Shown: positions 9,243-19,201 of the stretch, piece by piece | How positions within the stretch are numbered: the stretch's first letter is position 1 | Layout: each line of letters begins with the position of its first letter | Source: an uncultured Gemmatimonadales bacterium | Lineage (GTDB): Bacteria; Gemmatimonadota; Gemmatimonadetes; Gemmatimonadales; GWC2-71-9 | DNA length: 64,000 nt | NCBI GenBank assembly: GCA_963695555.1 | Contig: CAVOGR010000007.1 | Span: 480,001-544,000, forward strand | Reading direction: 5' to 3' | The notes under the pieces: model-generated | What the model was told of the DNA's origin: nothing | Database searches by the model: none | The model's input: only the letters and a program-made list of their open reading frames with translations | Program-made: the position numbers and the translations under genes

Positions 9243-10087
9243 CGCGGCCTGTCCTGCTGATCGGTATCGGATCGCTGCTCGTTGCCGGCACCGCAGCCGC
9301 TCAGTCCATGCATGCCTACTCTACCATGCGGCAGTGGCATGGTGAGACCCGCCTCACCACAACTATCGACTTTGCGGCCGGCACCATCCACCTGGCGCCT
9401 GCGGATGAATCGATTCTGTACGGACTCACACTGAAATACGACCAGGAGCGGTTTCACCCAGTGAGCCAATATGTGACAGATGGGCAGCGAGTAACGCTTG
9501 GGTTGAAGCCGGTGGGCGAGTGGTCCCTCCGCGTCCCCTCAAAGCAACAGCTGGGGCAGAGCGCATCGATCGCGCTGTCACCGGTGGTGGACTTGGGCCT
9601 GGACGCGACATTCGGCGCGGTCGATGCCGAACTCGAACTCGGCGGGCTGCAGCTTACCACGCTCGCGCTCAGGACCGGAGCCAGCCGGGTGATCGTACGA
9701 TTTTCCGAGCGGAACAAGACCCCGTGCCGGACGGCGTCCTTTGCCGCGGGCGCGGCCGAGCTCAAGGTGTACGGCCTCGGCAACAGCCGGTGCCGCGAGG
9801 TGCGCCTGGAAGGCGGGGTCGGGTCGGTGATGCTCGACTTCAGCGGTACCGGGACGACCGACTCACGGGTCCATCTCATGATGGCCGCCGGAGAGCTGAC
9901 GTTACGCCTGCCCCGAACGGTCGGCGTGCGCATGGCCATCGAGAAATCGCTGGTGCGATTCGAGCCGAAGGGCTTTACCCGCCGAGGAAACGAATATTTT
10001 TCGGCAAACTACGGCAGGACCGAGCGCAGCATCGAGGTCGAACTGACGACCTCCTTTGCCGGCCTCAAAGTGGAATGGGCCGACTAG
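9239..10087 (+). CDS. Secreted beta-solenoid protein (LiaF/DUF4097-like)
   Basis: GTG overlaps the upstream TGA; signal peptide ending TAAA-Q; repeated GA/GxL-x-L strands. Confidence 0.65.
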   Translation: MTRPVLLIGIGSLLVAGTAAAQSMHAYSTMRQWHGETRLTTTIDFAAGTIHLAPADESILYGLTLKYDQERFHPVSQYVTDGQRVTLGLKPVGEWSLRVPSKQQLGQSASIALSPVVDLGLDATFGAVDAELELGGLQLTTLALRTGASRVIVRFSERNKTPCRTASFAAGAAELKVYGLGNSRCREVRLEGGVGSVMLDFSGTGTTDSRVHLMMAAGELTLRLPRTVGVRMAIEKSLVRFEPKGFTRRGNEYFSANYGRTERSIEVELTTSFAGLKVEWAD

Positions 10088-10088
10088 C

Positions 10089-10847
10089 TCACGCGAACAC
10101 GGCGCGGACCCGGCTTCCGACACCGGCATCGAACCGTCGCGCCGCCGATCCCTCCCGCACCGCAATCTCCACCGTGCCGCCCGACCCCACATAGACGACT
10201 GAGCCGCCCGGAGGCACGTCGCCAAATGTATTGCGCACCGGTCCAGCGGTCTGACCGCTGACTTCGATTCCGGTACACCCGGTGACGTCCGATCCGGTCA
10301 AGTTGGTCAGCAGGTTACCGAATCGATCGACGTACACCACGACGCCAGTAACTTTCAGCTCGTCGCGGCGGACCTCCGCTGTTAGGAATCGTATGAGCGA
10401 GCCCTCAAACGGCGGACCAAGCGTGGACAGCGCCTTCCCGCGGGCCAGGGCGGCGGCGGCAGGCGCGAAGACATCGCGACCGTGAAACGTCGGTGCCGCG
10501 CTCTCGAGGACCGGCAACTCGACGATGGTGGCGTCATCCAGCCCCGGCAACGCCGTGAAGACACCGTTGTCCGGCCCCACAAACAGATGGTTGGACACCT
10601 CGAACGCGATGGCGCGCCGGCGCGTGCCGACCCCCGGATCGACCACGACCAGGTGGATCGTGTCTTCGGGGAATTGGGTCCAGGCGCGGCCCAAGATGTA
10701 GGCCGCGGCGGGAATATTGCCCGGGCTCAGATCGTGGGTCAGGTCGACCAGCGTCACTCCTGGGGCACGACTCAACAGCACACCCCGAAGCTCACCGACA
10801 TACGGGTCGGTCGTCCCGAAATCGGTGAGCATGGTGATGATTGGCAT
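10089..10847 (-). CDS. SAM hydroxide adenosyltransferase (DUF62; fluorinase/chlorinase superfamily)
   Basis: LTDFG, VVDPGVGTRRR, GPDNG, TFHGRDVFAP, DRFGN. Confidence 0.92.
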   Translation of the reverse strand: MPIITMLTDFGTTDPYVGELRGVLLSRAPGVTLVDLTHDLSPGNIPAAAYILGRAWTQFPEDTIHLVVVDPGVGTRRRAIAFEVSNHLFVGPDNGVFTALPGLDDATIVELPVLESAAPTFHGRDVFAPAAAALARGKALSTLGPPFEGSLIRFLTAEVRRDELKVTGVVVYVDRFGNLLTNLTGSDVTGCTGIEVSGQTAGPVRNTFGDVPPGGSVVYVGSGGTVEIAVREGSAARRFDAGVGSRVRAVFA

Positions 10848-10875
10848 GACAGATGGGCTCGGCAACGGGAAGTGA

Positions 10876-11982
10876 CTAGCCTTTGAGTATGGGAAGCTGG
10901 GTGGTGTGCTGCTGCGCGACATGGTGGACGGAGACGGCCAGCGCGCGGAGCGCCCGCGCGGCATGGCTGTCCGGGTTTCCGACGACCACCGGCGTTCCGG
11001 AATCTGCCTGTTCGGAGAGCCCCGCCTGAAGCGGAATCCGGCCAAGGAGCTGGATGCCTAATTCCCCTGCCAGGCGTTCACCGCCGCCGCTGACGAAGAT
11101 CTCGGTGACTTCTCCGCAGTGGGGGCATTCGAAGCCGCCCATGTTCTCGATGATCCCCAACACGGGCACATTCACGCGTTCGAACATCTTGGCCCCGCGC
11201 AGGGCATCGCCGACGGCCATTTCCTGCGGAGTTGTGACGATTAACGCGCCGCTCACATGGGTGGCCTGGACCAATGACAGTTGCGCGTCACCTGTGCCGG
11301 GGGGAAGATCGACGATGAAATAGTCGAGCTGTCCCCAGTCGACGTCGCGAAGAAACTGCTGGACGATCTTCATGATGATCGGTCCGCGCCAGATCGCCGG
11401 GGCATCCCGCTCGATCAGGAACCCGAGTGACATCAGCTTGACGCCGAACGCCTGGAGCGGCTGGATCTTCCCGGCGATGACCTGGGGCTTCTCGGAGATC
11501 CCGAACATCCGGGGAATGTTCGGCCCGTAGACATCGGCATCCATGAGCCCGACGCGTTTGCCGGACTCGGCCAGGGCTACCGCGAGATTCGCGGCCACGG
11601 TGGACTTCCCGACCCCTCCCTTTCCAGACGAGATGGCCACCACGGTCCCAAGCTCCGGAATGGGCGCCACCGGCTGGGGCGTGGCAGGGACCGCGCCCGG
11701 TGACGGGCCGGGAGGAGCATGCTGCGCCTGCGGCGGGCCGGCGGGATCCTGGACCTGGATCTTCACTTCGGACACCCCGGCGACACCGCGAACGGCGGCC
11801 CGGGCCTGCCGAACGAGGGTCGCCGGGTCCTCGCGGCTCAGCACGAACGAGAAGGAGACCGCGCCGTCGGCCGTCACGACCAGGTCACGGATCATACCGG
11901 CCGACAGGAGGTCGTTCTGGAGTCGGGGGTTCTGGATCTGGGACAGGGCAGCCGTGACCAGCCCTTCGAGTGCCTGGGTCAC
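10876..11982 (-). CDS. mrp: Mrp/ApbC/NBP35 Fe-S cluster carrier ATPase
   Basis: SGKGGVGKST, DADVYGP, WRGP, DLPPGTGD, ENM, CPHC. Confidence 0.95.
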   Translation of the reverse strand: MTQALEGLVTAALSQIQNPRLQNDLLSAGMIRDLVVTADGAVSFSFVLSREDPATLVRQARAAVRGVAGVSEVKIQVQDPAGPPQAQHAPPGPSPGAVPATPQPVAPIPELGTVVAISSGKGGVGKSTVAANLAVALAESGKRVGLMDADVYGPNIPRMFGISEKPQVIAGKIQPLQAFGVKLMSLGFLIERDAPAIWRGPIIMKIVQQFLRDVDWGQLDYFIVDLPPGTGDAQLSLVQATHVSGALIVTTPQEMAVGDALRGAKMFERVNVPVLGIIENMGGFECPHCGEVTEIFVSGGGERLAGELGIQLLGRIPLQAGLSEQADSGTPVVVGNPDSHAARALRALAVSVHHVAQQHTTQLPILKG

Positions 11983-12009
11983 TAGGCCGTCCTCACGATC
12001 GCCGCCGTC

Positions 12010-12270
12010 TCAGAGGGCATCAACACGCCTGACCTCGGGCACGGCCTGACGCAGGCGCTGTTCGATGCCTTGCTTCAGGGTGATGGTCGACGCCGCGCAC
12101 CCGTGGCACATCCCGCCCATCCTGAGCAACAGGACGCCGTCCTGATCGTCAAAATCCACCACCTCGACGCTGCCATTGTGTGAGGCGATGTATGGACGAA
12201 GCGTATTGAGCGCGGCTTCAATGCGGGTTATGATGTCCGTCTGCTGCACGCTGCTTCCTCTTCTCGGCAT
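12010..12270 (-). CDS. NifU C-terminal (Nfu-type) Fe-S scaffold protein
   Basis: LRPYIASHNGSVE, GMCHGC, TLKQGIE. Confidence 0.9.
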   Translation of the reverse strand: MPRRGSSVQQTDIITRIEAALNTLRPYIASHNGSVEVVDFDDQDGVLLLRMGGMCHGCAASTITLKQGIEQRLRQAVPEVRRVDAL

Positions 12271-12344
12271 GTCCTCCCCACGGCGAGGGCTCGATCCCTC
12301 ACTGGGGGCTGGAATCTATCCCTTCATGATAACCCCGGGCAAAA

Positions 12345-13373
12345 TCACTCAGTCCCATGGGTCTTCCCATCCAGGAACTCCCGGGCGGCCCGCAAAACCG
12401 TGGCCTGGACCTCGGCCAATGGCCCGGCGAGCGACAGTCCTGCCGCCTTGGTATGACCGCCCCCTCCAAACGGCTTGGCAAACGCCGCAACGTTCACATC
12501 CCCGACGGACCTCAGTGACACCTTGATCCGTCCCTGGGAGATTTCGCGGAAGAGCAGAGCCATCCGCACCCCCGCGATCGAGCGCGGATATTCCACCACA
12601 CCGTCCAAATCGTCCGCCGTGAGGCCGAGCCGCTCCAGCGCACCGGGCGGCACGGTGACCCACGCCAGGCCGTGTTCCGGCTCGACCACGAGGGTCTGGA
12701 GCGCTTCGGCAAGAAGGCGTGGCCGCCCCGGGGGAGCGTTGGCGTAGACCTGGGCGTAGATCTGCTCCGGATCGAGGCCGGCTTCCAAGAGCTCGGCGGC
12801 GATTCGAAGGGTGCGCGGCTGGGTGTTGCTGAACCTGAACCCGCCGGTGTCGGTCATGATCGCGACATAGAGCGACCGGGCGATGGCCTGATCGACGGTC
12901 CAATGATTGGCCGCCGCGATTTCGAACACGAGTTCCCCCGTCGCCGAGGCGGTTGGATCCACGTACCGGGGCCCCTCCGGCAGCGTGCCCGGGCTGAAGT
13001 GGTGGTCGATGCAGCCGACGGGAACGCCGACCTCGGCCACCGGCCGGGCGAGCGAACCGAGACGTTCGAGGTCGGCGATATCGAGCACGATGACGGCCTC
13101 GGCCCGCCGAAGCTCGCGCACCGCCGACCGGCTTTGGTCACCGTCCGGCAAATCGTCGAACAAGAACTTGAAACGCTCGGGAGTCGGCGACGGATTGGTA
13201 ACGATGGCGTGGAGCCCTCTCGCGCGGAGCAGGTGAACCAGGCCGACTTCACTCCCGAGGCCGTCGCCATCGGGGTTCACATGCGTCGTGACGCACACGC
13301 GCATTCCCGGAGCCAGCCACTCGTCGAATGCGCGGGCGGCGGCAACCTTTTCGGGACTGAGCCGGACGGTCAT
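12345..13373 (-). CDS. nrnA: DHH/DHHA1 oligoribonuclease/pAp phosphatase
   Basis: HVNPDGDGLGS, IDHH, TDTGGF, SLRS, GGGGH. Confidence 0.9.
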   Translation of the reverse strand: MTVRLSPEKVAAARAFDEWLAPGMRVCVTTHVNPDGDGLGSEVGLVHLLRARGLHAIVTNPSPTPERFKFLFDDLPDGDQSRSAVRELRRAEAVIVLDIADLERLGSLARPVAEVGVPVGCIDHHFSPGTLPEGPRYVDPTASATGELVFEIAAANHWTVDQAIARSLYVAIMTDTGGFRFSNTQPRTLRIAAELLEAGLDPEQIYAQVYANAPPGRPRLLAEALQTLVVEPEHGLAWVTVPPGALERLGLTADDLDGVVEYPRSIAGVRMALLFREISQGRIKVSLRSVGDVNVAAFAKPFGGGGHTKAAGLSLAGPLAEVQATVLRAAREFLDGKTHGTE

Positions 13374-13407
13374 GGAGACCGCTCGGCGGCCAGGGTTCCC
13401 TGTCGGC

Positions 13408-14877
13408 TCACCGGAACATCTCCGCGCTGTAATTCGGTGCTTCACGCGTGATCGTCACGTCATGCGGATGCGACTCGCGCAAGCCGGCCGAGCTGATGCG
13501 CAGCAACTCCACGTTCGACTGCAATTCGGCGAGGCTGGCCACTCCGCAATATCCCATGCCGCTCCGGAGCCCTCCGACCATTTGGTAGAGCACATCCACC
13601 ACGGGGCCCTTGTACGGCACCCGTCCTTCGATCCCTTCGGGAACCATTTTGCTGGGAGAGAGTTCGCCCTCCTGGAAATAGCGGTCGGCTGATCCGTCGC
13701 GCATGGCGGAGATGCTGCCCATGCCGCGGACCATCTTGAAACGGCGCCCCTCGGCCAGAATCGACTCGCCGGGGCTTTCTTCGGTGCCGGCGAGGAGACC
13801 GCCCATCATGACCGATGAGGCCCCGCACGCGATGGCCTTGACGACGTCGCCGGAGTACTTGACGCCCCCGTCGGCGATCACGGGAATATCACGGGCGCCG
13901 CGCGTCGCATCGCGAATGGCCGTGATCTGAGGCACCCCCACACCGGTCACGACGCGCGTGGTGCAGATACTCCCCGGCCCCACGCCGACCTTCACCGCAT
14001 CCACGCCCCGGCGCACCAGCTCTTGGGCGCCCGCCTCGGTGGCGATATTGCCCGCGACGAGCTGCACCGCGGGATGGGCATCGCGCAGCATGTCGACCGT
14101 GCGAAGGACGCCTTCGCTGTGCCCGTGCGCCGAGTCTACCACGATCACATCGACATTGGCGTCGACCAAGGCCTTGGCCCGGTCGCGCACATCCGGCCCG
14201 GCACCAACGGCGGCCGCCACCCGCAACCGGCCGTGCTCGTCCTTGTTTGCGTTGGGGTATTGCTTGCGCTTGAAGATGTCTTTGACGGTGATGAGGCCGC
14301 GCAGCACGCCATCACGATCAACGACCGGAAGCTTCTCGATACGGTGTTTGGCGAGAATTCGCTCTGCGTCATCCAAGTCCGTGCCAACCGGAGCGGTGAC
14401 GAGGTTCTCGTGGGTCATCGCTTGAGACACCGGCTGGTCGAGGTTCTGTTCGAATTGGAGATCGCGGTTGGTGATGATCCCGATCAGTCGTCCCTGGCCG
14501 TCGACGATCGGGACGCCCGAGATCTTAAATCGCGCCATCAGCCCCGCTGCCTCTCGAACGGGCCGGTCCGGGCCGAGCGTAATGGGGTTCAAGATCATTC
14601 CGCTCTCACTGCGTTTGACTCGATCGACCTCGGAGGCCTGGCGTTCGATGGACATGTTCTTATGCAGGACCCCGATGCCGCCGGCCCGTGCCATCGCGAT
14701 GGCCATCTCCGATTCGGTCACGGTATCCATGGCGGCGGAGATAAACGGAATCTGCAGGGAGATGCCCCGGGTGAACCGGGTGGCCGTCGAGACATCGCGT
14801 GGATGGACCGTGGAATGTTGGGGGACCAGCAAAACGTCATCGAATGTGAGGCCGTGCTCAGGCCGAATGATGCTCAT
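13408..14877 (-). CDS. guaB: IMP dehydrogenase with CBS pair
   Basis: [43 protein letters not shown]. Confidence 0.98.
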   Translation of the reverse strand: MSIIRPEHGLTFDDVLLVPQHSTVHPRDVSTATRFTRGISLQIPFISAAMDTVTESEMAIAMARAGGIGVLHKNMSIERQASEVDRVKRSESGMILNPITLGPDRPVREAAGLMARFKISGVPIVDGQGRLIGIITNRDLQFEQNLDQPVSQAMTHENLVTAPVGTDLDDAERILAKHRIEKLPVVDRDGVLRGLITVKDIFKRKQYPNANKDEHGRLRVAAAVGAGPDVRDRAKALVDANVDVIVVDSAHGHSEGVLRTVDMLRDAHPAVQLVAGNIATEAGAQELVRRGVDAVKVGVGPGSICTTRVVTGVGVPQITAIRDATRGARDIPVIADGGVKYSGDVVKAIACGASSVMMGGLLAGTEESPGESILAEGRRFKMVRGMGSISAMRDGSADRYFQEGELSPSKMVPEGIEGRVPYKGPVVDVLYQMVGGLRSGMGYCGVASLAELQSNVELLRISSAGLRESHPHDVTITREAPNYSAEMFR

Positions 14878-15010
14878 AACCCTCCCTACCCCGGATGCAA
14901 AACGGCCCACCGGGCATGCTCCGAAGCAGGCGGTGGGCCATCGACATAACGTGTTCCATCATGAAGAATAGAGGGTCGCCCGACGCGTGGCAAGCGACTG
15001 TGTTGTGCGC

Positions 15011-15379
15011 TTAGCGCTCCGCTCGATCCTCCTTCGGCTCGGAGGCCTCGGACTCCGCCGGCTTCGGAGTGAGCGGCTGGCCGGATGCGGCTTTCACCGC
15101 CTCGTCGACCACAGCCTCACCGGCAGCGACCAGCCCGCGGGCCACCTTCGCCGCGCTGTCCATCAGCCCCATCGTGCCGGAAATGGCCTGTATCGGGATT
15201 TTACCCGCGCGCATGGTATCCTCGACCGTTTCCGTGATCTTGGCGAAGATGCCACCGGACGCGGATCGTTCGGCGTACTTGCTCTCGAGAAATTCGATAT
15301 AGTCCAGCACCTGGTAGCCTTTGTCGTCCGGCAACGACTCGAGCTTCCGGGCAATACGCTGGCGTAACAGATCGTTCAT
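15011..15379 (-). CDS. Hypothetical helical protein (DUF2281-like N-terminus)
   Basis: GGAGG RBS before ATG; LESLPDDKGYQVLDYIEFL. Confidence 0.65.
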   Translation of the reverse strand: MNDLLRQRIARKLESLPDDKGYQVLDYIEFLESKYAERSASGGIFAKITETVEDTMRAGKIPIQAISGTMGLMDSAAKVARGLVAAGEAVVDEAVKAASGQPLTPKPAESEASEPKEDRAER

Positions 15380-15454
15380 AGTGCCTCCATCCCGCCCCTC
15401 GGACGGCCGTGGACTCCCGGAATAGTACGGCCTCCGACCGGCTCCGGCCAAGCC

Positions 15455-16477
15455 CTACGACGGCACCTCGACGACGCTGTCCAGCTCCAAGACGGGGTTG
15501 GGCAGGTAGGTGGTCTTGGCGGCGCGGAGGCGGCCTCGGATGCGGAATTCCTGCAAGGGCTGCGCCGTTCGGAACTGCGGCAGCTGCTCCGAGGTCACGA
15601 GGACGTACACGAACCCGGGCTCCGGCAGTGGGCCGCGAGTGAGGAGATAGGTGCGGCCGAGCGGAATCTCGGGACGGAGCTCATCGGCCTCCTGGATCGC
15701 GATGAATTGCACGCGCCATTCCAGGAGGGCACCCAGGTAGCGGGCCGGGTCGGCTCGGACTTCGGCCGCGGTGACCCCGGTGATGATCCCGTCGGTCACG
15801 GGAGCAACATCCTCGCCCCGCACCCAGCTCTCGACCTGGAGGCGCACCCAACCCCCCGTCCGGCGGAGGACCCGCCCGCGCGCACCCTGGTGCAGGATCC
15901 CGACCGAATCACCATCGGGGTTCTCCTGCATCGGGGAATCGCGCACGATCTCGACGAGGTTCGGGGCCGGCGCTTCAGCGCCACCCGTCGGAGCCGGCGT
16001 CGTGGGAGCGACCCGTGCGGCGGGGGCGGGCGTAGGCTCATCGAGGGCACTACGGGCAACCCAGCCGACCCGGCGCACTCTGGTCCAGGCTCCACGGGTT
16101 TCCAGCCGGGTCAGCAGCACCCCGGTGGACAGCTGGGCCAGCACCTGTTGATTCGGAGCGCGCCGCAGATTCTCTTGGGGGGTTGCCGAGACGGAGAGGT
16201 CGAACCCCTCCCGGGTATCCGGGGTGAGCGAGGCGGTGAAGATCCAGCCTTCGAGCGTTACCTCCCGCCAATCGCCCTGGGTCTGTCCAGGGACGACGGT
16301 GCTCCCGCGCAGGATGGTCCCCAGCTGTATGCCCTGGGGTGCCTTGCGAAACGCCGTGTTCTGGCGGATGGCTTGGGCGGTCTGCCCCTGGAGGAGCGCC
16401 GGACCCAGGAGCGAGGCTACCACAATGAAGGCTGGTAGCGTGAGGAGCCGGAAACTAGATTGCGGCGCGTTGGTCAC
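15455..16477 (-). CDS. Secreted protein with tandem SH3b-like domains
   Basis: Signal peptide; repeated GxWxxV...GW motifs; Pro/Ala-rich linker. Confidence 0.7.
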   Translation of the reverse strand: MTNAPQSSFRLLTLPAFIVVASLLGPALLQGQTAQAIRQNTAFRKAPQGIQLGTILRGSTVVPGQTQGDWREVTLEGWIFTASLTPDTREGFDLSVSATPQENLRRAPNQQVLAQLSTGVLLTRLETRGAWTRVRRVGWVARSALDEPTPAPAARVAPTTPAPTGGAEAPAPNLVEIVRDSPMQENPDGDSVGILHQGARGRVLRRTGGWVRLQVESWVRGEDVAPVTDGIITGVTAAEVRADPARYLGALLEWRVQFIAIQEADELRPEIPLGRTYLLTRGPLPEPGFVYVLVTSEQLPQFRTAQPLQEFRIRGRLRAAKTTYLPNPVLELDSVVEVPS

Positions 16478-16507
16478 ACCCGAAGATAGTAGAAACCACG
16501 GAGATTC

Positions 16508-18058
16508 ATGTCAAACCAACAGCCGCGCGGCCCGGTCGTGCTCATCGTATTGGACGGCTGGGGCTATCGCGCGGAGCGGGAGTACAACGCGATCGAGCTG
16601 GGCAAGACGCCGGTATGGCATGGCCTGTGGTCGTCCTACCCCCATGCCCTGCTCGAGGCCAGCGGGCTGGCCGTGGGGCTGCCGGCCGGCCAGATGGGCA
16701 ACAGCGAAGTGGGCCACCTGAACCTGGGCGCCGGCCGCGTGGTGCCCCAGGACCTCGTCCGGATCTCCCAGAGCATCGAGTCTGGTGAGTTCTTCCAGCT
16801 GGAACCGCTGGCAGCACTCTGCACCGCCCTGGAAAAGTCCGGCGGGACGCTCCACCTGATCGGGCTGCTGGGCCCCGGCGGGGTTCACGCCATCGACCAT
16901 CATCTCCTTGCCTGTATCGAACTCGGCGTGCGGCTAGGCGTGCGGAACATCGCCATTCATGGCTTTCTGGACGGACGAGACACGCCACCGAAGTCTGCCG
17001 CCGACGTCGTGGCCACGCTGGACTCGGACGTGCGACGCATTGCCGGAGCGCGGGCCGCCATCGCAAGCCTGACCGGACGGTACTACGCGATGGATCGCGA
17101 CCGGCGGTGGGAGCGGACCGAGCGGGCCTACGCCGCCCTGGTCCGCGGAATCGGCACGCGGGCGACGGATCCAACGCAGGCGGTTCGGGATGCGTACGCC
17201 CGAGGGGAAACCGACGAGTTCATCAAGCCGATCGTGCTGATGCGAAACGACCGCCCCGTTTCCACGATGTCCGACGGCGATGGGGTCCTGTGCTTCAATT
17301 ATCGCAGCGACCGGATGCGACAGATTCTGCGCGCGCTCGCCATCCCGGGCTTTGACGGGTTCGACGTGCTGGACCGGCCGCGTCTCGACATCGTCACCAT
17401 GACGCAGTATGACCAGACATTTCCCTTCCCCCAGGCATTTCCGCCCACTACGCTGGCGCGCATCGTGGGAGAGGTGCTGGCGGACCACGGTCGGTGTCAG
17501 TTTCGCACGGCGGAGACCGAGAAGTACCCGCACGTGACCTATTTCTTCAATGGCGGCCACGAGCCGCCCATGCGCGGCGAAGAACGATGTCTGGTGCCGT
17601 CGCCCAAAGTGGCGACCTACGACCTGGCCCCGGAGATGAGCGCGGTAGGGATAACCGATCAGCTCTGCCGGGGCATCGAAGCCCGTGAGCATGATTTCGT
17701 GCTGTGTAACTACGCGAACCCGGACATGGTGGGTCACACCGGCGTCCCGTCGGCGATTCTCACGGCGGTTGAAACGGTTGACCAGTGCTTGGGGCGCGCC
17801 CTCGCGAGCGCCGAACGGGCGAACGCAAGCGTGATCATTACCGCGGATCATGGCAATTGTGAGCTGATGGTCGATCCGGATACCGGGGGACCGCACACGG
17901 CACACACCACCAACCCCGTGCCGATCGTCGCCGTCCGTGCCAACACCTCCACCCTCAGAGCCGGAGGCTCGCTCCGGGATGTCGGGCCCACCGTTCTCCG
18001 GATGTTGGGCATCGACCCGCCGCCGGACATGACCGGCCGCGATCTTCGGGAGCCCTAA
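16508..18058 (+). CDS. gpmI: 2,3-bisphosphoglycerate-independent phosphoglycerate mutase
   Basis: LDGWG, GQMGNSEVGH, DGRD, AETEKYPHVT, DMVGH, ADHGN. Confidence 0.98.
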   Translation: MSNQQPRGPVVLIVLDGWGYRAEREYNAIELGKTPVWHGLWSSYPHALLEASGLAVGLPAGQMGNSEVGHLNLGAGRVVPQDLVRISQSIESGEFFQLEPLAALCTALEKSGGTLHLIGLLGPGGVHAIDHHLLACIELGVRLGVRNIAIHGFLDGRDTPPKSAADVVATLDSDVRRIAGARAAIASLTGRYYAMDRDRRWERTERAYAALVRGIGTRATDPTQAVRDAYARGETDEFIKPIVLMRNDRPVSTMSDGDGVLCFNYRSDRMRQILRALAIPGFDGFDVLDRPRLDIVTMTQYDQTFPFPQAFPPTTLARIVGEVLADHGRCQFRTAETEKYPHVTYFFNGGHEPPMRGEERCLVPSPKVATYDLAPEMSAVGITDQLCRGIEAREHDFVLCNYANPDMVGHTGVPSAILTAVETVDQCLGRALASAERANASVIITADHGNCELMVDPDTGGPHTAHTTNPVPIVAVRANTSTLRAGGSLRDVGPTVLRMLGIDPPPDMTGRDLREP

Positions 18059-18062
18059 CTTC

Positions 18063-18776
18063 ATGCGCTACTTCGCTGCTGGTCTCGTTCTGCTCGCACT
18101 CAACGTTCCAGGCCTGGCCAACGCCCAGACAGGGCACGACCCGAGGCACTCGCCGTACCGCGACATCCGTCACGGCCATTCCCTGGTGGCCACCATCGGA
18201 CGCATTGGCGGAGACGGCGGGTCGCTCGGGCTGGGACCAAACAGCGGCACGGTCTACGGCCTGCGATATGACATCCGCCTGAGCGGCCCAATCCAATTCG
18301 GCTTCTCGGTGGGCAATGGCGACTTGGAGCGCCTGATCCAGGATCCGGATGACAGCGTCGCGACGCGGACCACGGGCCCAGTCTCGCAATCGGTCACGTT
18401 CGCTGAAGTAGCGCTGCAGTTCAACCTGACCGGTGCCAAGACCTGGCACGGGTTGGCGCCGTACTTCGGCGGGTCCGCCGGCTTTGCGCTCGGGAGTTCC
18501 GTGCCGGCCGATACCACGGGCTACGACTTCGGCAACAAGATCTACCTGGCGCCCACGGTGGGGCTGCGCTACTTCATCACCGGGGGCTTACACATCCGAG
18601 CGGAAGCCCGCGCGCTCTTCTGGAAACTGAGCTATCCCCAGTCCTTTGCGGAGGAGCCGGATTTGGAGCCAGGCACCGCGTCCGACCCCAACGCCCTGAG
18701 ACCCGCCGGGAAGCTCGACGAGTGGACCAACAGCTCCTGGCTCCTGGTCGGGCTGGGATTCACCTTTTCACTCTGA
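18063..18776 (+). CDS. Outer-membrane beta-barrel protein
   Basis: Signal peptide, amphipathic strands (PYFGGSAGF, GLRYF), C-terminal VGLGFTFSL. Confidence 0.75.
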   Translation: MRYFAAGLVLLALNVPGLANAQTGHDPRHSPYRDIRHGHSLVATIGRIGGDGGSLGLGPNSGTVYGLRYDIRLSGPIQFGFSVGNGDLERLIQDPDDSVATRTTGPVSQSVTFAEVALQFNLTGAKTWHGLAPYFGGSAGFALGSSVPADTTGYDFGNKIYLAPTVGLRYFITGGLHIRAEARALFWKLSYPQSFAEEPDLEPGTASDPNALRPAGKLDEWTNSSWLLVGLGFTFSL

Positions 18777-18778
18777 CG

Positions 18779-19201
18779 ATGGCCGTCTCACTCACTCGTA
18801 CTGTCGAGTTCACAGCCACCCATCGGTACTTCCGTCCCGACTGGACCGCGGAACAGAACGAGCAAGCGTTTGGTGCGCTCGGCCGGGAGCCCGGACACAG
18901 CCACATCTATCGCTGCTCCGTCACCGTCTCCGGCCCCTTCGATCCCGTGTCCGGGGGCGTCATGGATCTCGCCGCATTAGATCACATCATCGCGGAAGAA
19001 GTCGTGGCTCGGTTCGACGGGCGCCATCTCAATCTGGATGTCCCCGAGTTTGCCTACGGCAAGACGCTGCCGACCTGCGAGGCCGTGGCCGACCTCGTCT
19101 TTCGGCGCATCGCGCCGCGCCTACCCCACACCGTGACGCTCGAGCGAGTGCGTGTCGCGGAGGATGCCACCCTCCATGCCGATCGAACCGGACCGGCCTG
19201 A
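18779..19201 (+). CDS. 6-pyruvoyl-tetrahydropterin synthase/QueD family protein (atypical active-site motif)
   Basis: FTATHRY, GHSHIY, GGVMDL, HLNLDVPEF, PTCE. Confidence 0.85.
   Translation: MAVSLTRTVEFTATHRYFRPDWTAEQNEQAFGALGREPGHSHIYRCSVTVSGPFDPVSGGVMDLAALDHIIAEEVVARFDGRHLNLDVPEFAYGKTLPTCEAVADLVFRRIAPRLPHTVTLERVRVAEDATLHADRTGPA

Noticed and set aside
10089..10847. Possible fluorinase or chlorinase
   Set aside because: TFHGRD and the Asp/Arg residues match the DUF62 hydrolase subgroup
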